A stretch of 64,000 nt of DNA from Verrucomicrobiota bacterium (lineage in GTDB: Bacteria; Verrucomicrobiota; Kiritimatiellia; JAHIZV01). Both the position numbers and the translations under genes were made by a program. The stretch spans positions 49,729 to 113,728 of the forward strand of contig JAHIZV010000237.1 of assembly GCA_018814445.1 (NCBI GenBank), written 5' to 3'. The notes below the pieces were generated by a model. The model made no database searches and was not told the origin of the DNA. It saw only the letters and a list, made by a program, of their open reading frames with translations. Positions 10,301 through 18,000 of the stretch are shown here, in pieces. Numbering within the stretch: position 1 is the first letter of the stretch; each line of letters starts with the position of its first letter.

Positions 10301-13300
10301 TGTTCTCCGCCCAGATAGCCCAACTCGTCGACGTTGACGGCACTGTTCGAGTCAACGGTGACGGTCCATGCATCGATATCCACCCCGTATTCCGCCGTTG
10401 TTGTCGTGTCCGGATGCGTCACCACCGCGCCATTCAAGAGTTCAACATTGTGGAACATGTGATGACCGTTGATCGTTACGGTCACACCGTCTATACGCAG
10501 ATTCACATTGTCGTAGGCCGTATTTCCGAGCGAAATATTCGTGGGAGAGGATATGGTGATCCAGACCGTCCCGGCGCTGAACGCGCGCACTTCATCCGCC
10601 GTGACTACGCCGGTTGCATTGGTCGGCGGAAGTCCGCGGTTGCCGTATTGGTCGACACCTATCGAGTAGAATTCGTATGTTCCGTCCCCACCCATCTTCG
10701 CCGAATCGAAGATCAGGCTCCCCACGGCGACGCCGCCTGGATCGTAATGACCCAGTGAGTTCCCACCGTCAGCATCTGTGTAGCGGTTAAACGTCCCGTA
10801 GCCATCTCGCCGGAAGTAGATTTCAACGTGATCCAGATCGTCGAGGCCATCGGTGACCTCGTACGTCACCGTGGCAGTCGTACCTACCCCGGGATCGGCT
10901 ACGGCAGTCACCTCCGTCGCCGGAGGCGTGATATCAGCATCTGACAACACGATCGGCACATTGATCGCCGTCCCTTTATTATTTTCGTCGTCCCACGCCT
11001 CCGCATGCAGCGTAACGTCAGGATACGGCGCGCCGAAGGGAACGGATATGCTGAATACCTCATTTGTGCCACCGACCGATGCCCCGTAGATACGCGTCTC
11101 GTCAGAACTGAGTGCGCCTGTCGCGTAACACCGCACTATCTTGACACCGACTGCATCCGAAGCCACTACGACGACGGTCACCGTTTCTCCATAGCCATAC
11201 GCCGTTTCCGGAATCGGCGATGAGATGAATACTTGCGGCGATGTCCCGTCGCCAAGCTGAAGCACGATGCTGTCGACCGTCGAGGTGTGTGCGCTCGTAT
11301 CGACAGCCCATGTCCTGACAGTGATGACGCCGCTGATGGGTGCGTTACTTGAAACCGTGAAGTTGAAGACCTGCGTCGTATCCTTCTTCGATGGAGATAT
11401 CTGGCGTTGATCCGTGAATGTCGTCGCACCGGATACCGCGAGATAGATGCGGGTCACGCCATTCGTCGGATCCTGCGCCCGCACAGAAACCGGAACCAAC
11501 TCGTTGCGCTCGACGCCGGAACCGCTGGGCGGACTGAGAATATCAACGGTCGGAGGCGGATCCATTCCCGTATCAACGCTCACGTTAACAAACGCGGACG
11601 GCAGCCCTGAGCGATACACGGATATCTGCGTCAGCCCGTCGGATACCGCCGTAATCAGGCCCGAAAGTGAAACCGTCGCAATGGCGGGATTGCCGCTGAC
11701 AAATGTGTTTCCAGAATTCAGCGGCCCGCTTGTGCCGTTGTTGTACTGCCCGGTGACAGCAAGTTGTCTCGTGTTGCCCACGCCCGCCAACAACACCGAT
11801 TTCGGCGCTGCCGTGATGTTGGTGAGCTTGACAATATCCGCGAAGATCTCGGCCGTTGCCGCATTCGACCCCACAGCCGCCGATATCGTTGCGGCACCTC
11901 GTTTCAGAGCGACAACACGACCCGCACTGCTCACCGATGCCACAGATGGAACACTCGAAGAGAAGGTCGCTTTCCCGGTAACGTTGGATGCCGAACCTCC
12001 CTGGTAAAACCCAGTCACGACGAGATCCACAAATGCCCCCGCAGAGGGCAGAACGGCATTCGACGGGTAGGCTCTGATCGACATAATCACTGGTTTCGGC
12101 GGCACGACCGCAACGGTCGGAGGGCTCGGATCCGGACTCTGGGTGAAGTCATAGGCCACCAAACTGAGAACATTCCCGACGTTCGCGTTGATCGTCGCGG
12201 TGAAAGCGCCGGAACTATTTGCATATACACTGACGGCGACGTTCTGGTTCGTGTTCCGAATGTTAATCCGAGCGTTGGCCACGCTGGTACCGGTGACTTT
12301 CGAGGCGAGGCCTTCCGGCGGCGACACACCCGTGACCATCGGCGCAGCAGGAGGCACACCGGGGGGCGGCTCGATGATCGTGAACTCCAGATAGGAATCC
12401 GGATCGAATCTGTCGTTCGCAACACCGAGGTTGTTAGTCGCCAGCACAATGACCCTGTGCGTTCCGAGCGCGAGATTGGTGGTGTTGATCAGGATGGGAG
12501 AGGCGTTGGTACTGACCAGGTTCGTGGCACTCGCGATAAATACGTGGATGGAACGGACTCCGACATCATCCTCGACACTCGGATCAATCGAGAAGATGTC
12601 ACCCATTACGTACACCGCACCGTCCGACTCGTTGAAACTGATGACAGGCATGTTCAGATTCTCAACCAACTCGAAGTCGTAGTCATCGAATCCTGTCTGC
12701 CCCAAACCGTCTTCGGCCACCGCGCGGACGACATGCGTGGTGAGGCTCATGGTCAGCGTCGACAGCGTCGCCTGCCACGGAGGAAGCGTGACCGTTTTGT
12801 AAGGAACAAGCGCACCATCCAGAAAATATCTGACACGGCGCACACCGCCGGTCAGCGCTACCGGCTTCAACCTCACGGATATGCCCTGCAACTGAGGCGC
12901 GACAGGATCACCTGGAAGAACGATGGTAGGCGGATCGGCGGTCGGAGCCATGACAATCGAGATGGTCGCATTCTGACCGTTGAAGAGCCCGTCATAGGCC
13001 GTGGCCATGAGCTGGTATGTCCGTCCGGTCGTCAGATTCGATGAATCGAGTGCGAAGATGAACGGCGGCTCGTTGCCATGGAACACGCTCTTCTGATCCA
13101 CCAGTTTGTACAGGTTTGTAGGATTGGACATGTCCTTGATGCGCAGTTCCACACGGGCAACACCGCTTCCCTGATCGGATGCGTAGGCATTAACGCGGAC
13201 GATCTCACCGGGAAGGACGTAGTTAGGGTTCACAGGCGGCTCGATGGAAAGAGTCAGCAGAGGAGGATCCACATCACCCAGTCCCGTCGTGGTTGTCTTG

Positions 13301-15054
13301 AATACGCTGAGCCACTCATTATACAGGTGATTGCCGTCGCGGTCTCTTATCGCCTGGCTGACCCAGACCGTGTACTTCTCGCCGGGACGCCAGCGATTGA
13401 GCACACCGTCATCGACCTGCCAGATCGCCATGGAGCGGGAGCTCAGGTTCGTCTCGATCCTGATCTTCCCTTTCACCAGCCTGCCGGTGTCGTCGTAGAC
13501 GTTGAACGTACCGTTGGATCCCGTCGTTATGGTGTCGTGATTCATCAACTCGCTGAAGAACGCGACCACGGGCGACTCCGTCGAAATCCCCTGGGCGTTG
13601 TGCGCGGGCGCAACGGAGACAGCGGGAATACCCGCCGGAACGTCTGTCATCGGAGGATTGTGTCCGACCGCGCACCCGAGAGTCCCGACGACGACCTGGA
13701 GGCTGACATTCTGATCGGAGATGCCCATGCAGGATGAAATAGCCCCGCTTTCCGACGGGAGAACGGTGAAGGTCTCACTGATCGTCTCGCCCGGATCCAG
13801 ATGACCGAGCGCTCGCGTGACGGGCTCCTGCACGTATTCGCAGTCCGGCTCTCCCGTTGCCGCGTCCAGTTCACAATTCACAAGCTGCGCATCGGCGCTC
13901 ACATCGAGTTCAAGGCTGGCGTACATGGCGGGCAGTTCGCCGGTATTGAGTATTCTCACGGTCAGGTCATATGGCTCGCCGGCGATGACGAAGTCAGGAT
14001 GAAGCACGGTCACCTGGAAGTCCGGCGGCCCTTTCACTTCCACATCCGTTGTCGCGCTGCCATTAAAGGGGACGGCATCATCCCCCGCGATGCCCGGACC
14101 GACCACACTGCCCCCGAAGTTCACTGTGACGTCATGAATACCGATCTCATCGCCGCGAATGATGAACTCACGTTCCAGTTGACCCGGCTCGTCGGGGGTC
14201 CCCGGCAGAATGTCGCCGAAGGACACGATGCCATCGGCCGGTAGAGTGTGGCTCAAACCGCCGGCAGGAAACCCGATCTCGGCGACCACGTTGGAAAGCG
14301 TGAAAATACCCGATGTATTCATCAGCATCAGTCGAACAGAGAAGAACTCCTTCAGGCTCTTGATGCGGCCTTCAATAATGATCACGCCCGGTATGGGAGG
14401 AACTTCGATCGTTCCCGACGGTGAGACTTCCTGCGCGAAGAAGATGATCTCAGGCGGCAGTCTGGGTGCGTGTTTTTGCCCGGCAGGGTCGTCGGGCGGT
14501 GGCATCCTGTATGTCTCCGAACCTCCGCTGTTCCCGCCTGATCCTTTTGGAAACACAATGGGAAGGGAGATGGGGACCTCCTCTTTATCGATCGTCAGGA
14601 CGATCGTGAATGTCGACACGTTGAAGTTCTCCGGATCTTCAAGATCGATCACCCCGTCCGCAACCAACTGCTCAACTTCTTCCGTCGACAGCCGCTCCGA
14701 AGTGAGGCGCGAGACGACGATCTGATCGAGAGACAACTGCGTTACAGCGAGTTCAGCCGCTTCTGTGTTCCCGTACGAATCTGTCGCCGTCACCTGGATG
14801 TTGTTCACCGCGTTGCGGTTCAGAGGCAAATTGACCTCAAACGATCCACCCTCATCGGGAAGAACAGCGCTACCGGCGCCGCCCGGGGCGGTGACGTTGA
14901 CGGTGATTGCGGCGTCGGTCGGCATGGAGAGGCTTACGATGAGAAGAGAAAGCAGGAGAGCTGAGATGCGAATGGGAGAAAGGGAGAATGGGAGAGAGGG
15001 AGAGAATCTGCGTCTCCCATTCCTCCACTCTTCCTTTCTCCCACTCACCCTCAT
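7396..15054 (-). CDS. Giant secreted Gly-rich β-helix/β-roll repeat protein with Big_2-like Ig domains (2552 aa before the in-frame TGA)
   Basis: Long ORF with N-terminal hydrophobic segment ISALLLSLLIVSLSMPTDAA. It has at least five copies of an approximately 250-aa unit (GYLGGEH...GGSRGGSDSWxGGDGGG...GDGAGGGSGG...ANGGGNEVGGGGGRI...YGDLxVDxxNV). Big_2-like segments are also present (for example AGRVVALKRGAATISAAVGS). Its ATG overlaps the upstream stop as ATGA at 15051-15054. Confidence 0.7.
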   Translation of the reverse strand: MRVSGRKEEWRNGRRRFSPSLPFSLSPIRISALLLSLLIVSLSMPTDAAITVNVTAPGGAGSAVLPDEGGSFEVNLPLNRNAVNNIQVTATDSYGNTEAAELAVTQLSLDQIVVSRLTSERLSTEEVEQLVADGVIDLEDPENFNVSTFTIVLTIDKEEVPISLPIVFPKGSGGNSGGSETYRMPPPDDPAGQKHAPRLPPEIIFFAQEVSPSGTIEVPPIPGVIIIEGRIKSLKEFFSVRLMLMNTSGIFTLSNVVAEIGFPAGGLSHTLPADGIVSFGDILPGTPDEPGQLEREFIIRGDEIGIHDVTVNFGGSVVGPGIAGDDAVPFNGSATTDVEVKGPPDFQVTVLHPDFVIAGEPYDLTVRILNTGELPAMYASLELDVSADAQLVNCELDAATGEPDCEYVQEPVTRALGHLDPGETISETFTVLPSESGAISSCMGISDQNVSLQVVVGTLGCAVGHNPPMTDVPAGIPAVSVAPAHNAQGISTESPVVAFFSELMNHDTITTGSNGTFNVYDDTGRLVKGKIRIETNLSSRSMAIWQVDDGVLNRWRPGEKYTVWVSQAIRDRDGNHLYNEWLSVFKTTTTGLGDVDPPLLTLSIEPPVNPNYVLPGEIVRVNAYASDQGSGVARVELRIKDMSNPTNLYKLVDQKSVFHGNEPPFIFALDSSNLTTGRTYQLMATAYDGLFNGQNATISIVMAPTADPPTIVLPGDPVAPQLQGISVRLKPVALTGGVRRVRYFLDGALVPYKTVTLPPWQATLSTLTMSLTTHVVRAVAEDGLGQTGFDDYDFELVENLNMPVISFNESDGAVYVMGDIFSIDPSVEDDVGVRSIHVFIASATNLVSTNASPILINTTNLALGTHRVIVLATNNLGVANDRFDPDSYLEFTIIEPPPGVPPAAPMVTGVSPPEGLASKVTGTSVANARINIRNTNQNVAVSVYANSSGAFTATINANVGNVLSLVAYDFTQSPDPSPPTVAVVPPKPVIMSIRAYPSNAVLPSAGAFVDLVVTGFYQGGSASNVTGKATFSSSVPSVASVSSAGRVVALKRGAATISAAVGSNAATAEIFADIVKLTNITAAPKSVLLAGVGNTRQLAVTGQYNNGTSGPLNSGNTFVSGNPAIATVSLSGLITAVSDGLTQISVYRSGLPSAFVNVSVDTGMDPPPTVDILSPPSGSGVERNELVPVSVRAQDPTNGVTRIYLAVSGATTFTDQRQISPSKKDTTQVFNFTVSSNAPISGVITVRTWAVDTSAHTSTVDSIVLQLGDGTSPQVFISSPIPETAYGYGETVTVVVVASDAVGVKIVRCYATGALSSDETRIYGASVGGTNEVFSISVPFGAPYPDVTLHAEAWDDENNKGTAINVPIVLSDADITPPATEVTAVADPGVGTTATVTYEVTDGLDDLDHVEIYFRRDGYGTFNRYTDADGGNSLGHYDPGGVAVGSLIFDSAKMGGDGTYEFYSIGVDQYGNRGLPPTNATGVVTADEVRAFSAGTVWITISSPTNISLGNTAYDNVNLRIDGVTVTINGHHMFHNVELLNGAVVTHPDTTTTAEYGVDIDAWTVTVDSNSAVNVDELGYLGGEHAPNTGMNEGRTSGNVAGSTQRSGGSYGGTGGAWGGTPCALYGDLTAPSELGSGGSRGGSDSWWGGDGGGKILIQAINIVNDGLITSDGQAGHGYGAGGGSGGSVYLIVTTASGRGDLTADGGGNEVAGGGGRIAVHYVDIDTWDTTLLHALGGQGNWVDGGNGTVFLKGVDEGGGTLVVDGQGAGSSFSALPIPPGHVFDNIIIRNTARVVADDELVVSNKIEILTGSIMTHSLMLTDGVRITCKRLEIDSSSSIDVGAKGYRGGERDGNPNNSGFTLAEQMGSSQSAGGSYGGYGGASAGVPNPVYGSDLNPAYLGSGGSRGGSDSWAGGNGGGRVTIEASEAVVVEGVIRADGQVGAGDGAGGGSGGSIKIDTSLLRGSGSISANGGGNEIGGGGGRILIDYDYLGGKSDDLNDLRNIGAFGGSGTWSAPGGAGTVVMRRHSQSYGDLYVDDNKVSTSTNYTWLTHVGFGTVQALSSNMLLLDQTVRVLPGGLVGLEINPDLTQQTTFDIIGNSATSITVDVSGGTNLTDVAAPGDGYAAIHRFDNIFFRRGGSLRCGDKVVVGDTVRIDEHGKLTHFKATTTFESRLDLTVGTLELSSNGYINADAVGYLGGEHHQNVGVNSGRTENNSAGSTERAGGSYGGLGGHWGAGAPNSVYGSMTNPEELGSGGSRGGSDSWWGGDGGGWVRITAGAIANDGIISANGQGGHGDGAGGGSGGTIDIHADSLSGSGIIRANGGGNEVGGGGGRIAIRYNTLAIDQSHLEARAGSGNWTNGGNGTLFLKHSSQTYGDLVVDGHNVKPAIDKCPILDGYEFDNIIFRNKARVTADAGLNVAGALRLQTNSVLTHTLSNENGLQVHANNIEIDAGSSIDVTARGYRGGERPGNTDNNNGLTLAGQIGSSERSGGSFGGYGASYGAGSPNPAYGDPHNPIYLGSGGSRGGSDSWAGGSGGGRIDLVVSNDLTVN

Positions 15055-18000
15055 TCCACAACCTCTACACTAAGCACTCCAAGTGGCAGACCGTCTTCAT
15101 GGTAATAGCCACAGCCATCCGCCGTCAGTTCAGTCACCTCAAAGCCGTTCACCTTCACGATGACCGTCGCACCGGGGATGGGATTACCATCACCGTCTTT
15201 TGCCACGCCGGAGACGGCCTGGCTTGTCGCGGGAGCAGTCTGCCGTCTGACCCTCGTTGAAAGGGAAACGCCGCTGATGTAAGGACCGTTTGCGGCTGCT
15301 CGCCCGGTCAGATAATTATCGCCCGTGTTCAGAGGCACGTTGTTAACGATGAAGTCGTTGTCGTTCCCGGTAAAAACGAGCGGATAGCTTCCTCCGCTTG
15401 CGTCAAGCGTACCGCCTGTAAGCGTGAAGTCCGTGTCCGCCGGAAAGATCGTTCCGCGAACCGTGACGGTCCCGTTCGACACGATCTCTCCGTCAGCCGG
15501 TGACGTGATCACCACGCAGGGCGCCGGGCGAAGCGTGGATCCGCATCGCCAATCGATAACGATGTCTTCCGTGAAGTTAGTCAGAGGATGACTGACATCC
15601 AGGATGCCGACTGACGCGGCTGTATAGCCGCCGAAGGTGTAGTAGCCATTTCCATCCGCCAGCGTCTTCTCCTCGCCGCCAGCAGTGATAAGCTTTACAA
15701 CCGCGCCGACAAGCGGCTGGTCGTCCTCCGTCAGCGCCCTTCCCGTAAACCCGAAACGGGTGTACTGCACGCCCGCGTCCGTAACGTAGATGAGCGCCTT
15801 CCCGTCATCTGCGATCGCCACATCCATCGGATGTGGAACGTTCTCGATAAAGGTGTACGCGGTCATGAGCTCGGAATATTGCGCGGGATCGGAAGGGACA
15901 AGTAGCGGGAGGTCGCTGACGGGAACTCTGAGTATCCGGTTGGCCGCCATATCAGCAATAAACAGGTAGGTCGCGTAGCGTGACTCGCAGAACGCGCATG
16001 AGGTCGCATTATCGAAAACCGTGCCGTTGATGAAGAGGCCCTGCGCTGTATCTCCTTTCGTCCGCACGATGTTGTTCCCCTGGGTGATGTAGAGCCATTC
16101 CTTCGTCAAGTCGAACTCCAAATCGGTCCACGCGTCGAACGCAAAGATATCGGGCCACGTCGACCAGCTCTCGTTCTCGCCCCACAAGCCTTTTGCCACG
16201 TTGTGATACGCGACGGCCAGGTTGGCGTAGTTACTTCCGAGATACTGCTCACTCCAACTCACGTCGATCTTCTTGACCGTCGTATCGTAGTTGTCGGCAA
16301 GGTACAGTTCCTCGTCGTATGCGTCCGTTCCCTTGCTGCCCATCGCGATGTCCTGGATTGATGTCGGTCGCCCGCGCAGCAGCGTTTGTGAGAAGTAGTT
16401 CACGTTGGCTACGTGAGAACGCCCGGTCGCAAGACCCGTCACAGCATCCATGTAGAATTTGAATATCTTCCCGCCGTAAGCCATCTGTGACGCCCCGTTG
16501 ACCGCGTACAGATCACCGTCCGAATCCATGGTCATGCCCACTTGACCAGGCTGCATGAATAGACTGTTGTGCGACACGGCTTCAACCATCTCGCTCTTCT
16601 CTGGGCGATACAGGAAGATCGCACCGCTCCCGCGATCGTTGTTGAATTTGAAGTCGGGAATACTGATGTAGATCCGGTCGGGCTTGTCGTAGTCCGCAAC
16701 AAGATCTATATGCCCGAAAGGTGCGAAACCTGTCCCGGCGCCGCGCACAAAGACCGATCCGACGCGCGACAGGGCGCTGACATCGAGCCGCTCCCCTTCG
16801 ATGAAGGCTTTGCCCGGATGAATATTGCGGGTGCCCAGCTTCAGCACCTGGTCCTGCGAAGCCGCGAGCGGATCATCCAGATATCCCGAGAGCCATGGCT
16901 TCACTTTTGCCAGCGTATTTGTGTTATCGAGAGCCTTCTTCACCACATTCTCGCTTCCGCGTATGCAGTCGATCCGGTAATACTGGTGACCCGGCTCAGG
17001 GAACGGCACGCGGAAAACCAGTTTCGCCGTATCGTTGGTGTCTCTGTGAGGAGAGAAGAAATCACTTCTGTCGGTGGTTTCCTGCCCGGCGGCGACAATC
17101 TTCATCGCCGCCCGTTCGGAAACAGTGGTGCCTTTGGGCTGCCACTGCCATAGCCGGTAAGCGTAAGTTTCTTCCTTCTTCACCCGCTCATCCGGACTCG
17201 GATAGAACAGAATTTCGACAAAGGGAATGTACAGCGGGTTGTACGCGCTTCCTATATTCCGCCGCACTTCCTTCACGGAATGGAGATACGGCGCCGCAGG
17301 GGCGAGAGACTTGATCAGTACCGCCGAGGTCACCGTCGGATCTGTGCCAAGCGCAAGGAACATCATCGGCGACAGGGTTCCATGTCCCCAACTGACTTTG
17401 AATGGCGCCCAGATGCTGCCGCTGCTGTAGTCGCGTCCGGCAATCGCAATGAAGTTCGTGCGAAGATGAATATCCGTCGCCGTAATGCGAACAAGACTGG
17501 TGACGGCCGCCACTACCCCGTACTTGTCCTTGTTGAAGATGTTGGCGATCGTCGGATTACCGGGAAATGCATTCTCCAGTTGCAGTCGTGCCGCGGCGAG
17601 CGAGTTGGTCGTGCCGTCCATGTAGTACTTGCTGAGGATGTCCTCAAACCCCGGCAATTCACGGTTCACGGCATTCGTTGAGTTGAAAACAGCCTCTGTC
17701 GGATAGTCCCCCATCTCCTGCGCCAACCTCTCCCACGTGATCGTATACGTGCCCGCCTTTCCGCCCGGAACCTGGGCCACAGCATCGGGCCCGCACACGA
17801 AGTCGTGGACGGCTTTGGACAAGGATTCGCCGAGAGACATCACGAAGGCATCTTCCGGCGGGGTCGGAGCCCAGACCCAATCATCACGATGGTGATACGC
17901 CGCACTCATGAAGCCGCTGACCATGATGAAGGCCTGCAGTTTGGTCAGCCTGGTCGCACCGTTCAGGACGGGAGGATTAGGGCTGAGATTGCGCCCCGTG

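Noticed and set aside
7396-15054. Possible CRISPR or tandem DNA repeat arrays within Gly-rich coding regions
   Set aside because: The repeats are at protein level, with diverged codons. No regularly spaced direct DNA repeats with unique spacers were seen anywhere in the window.
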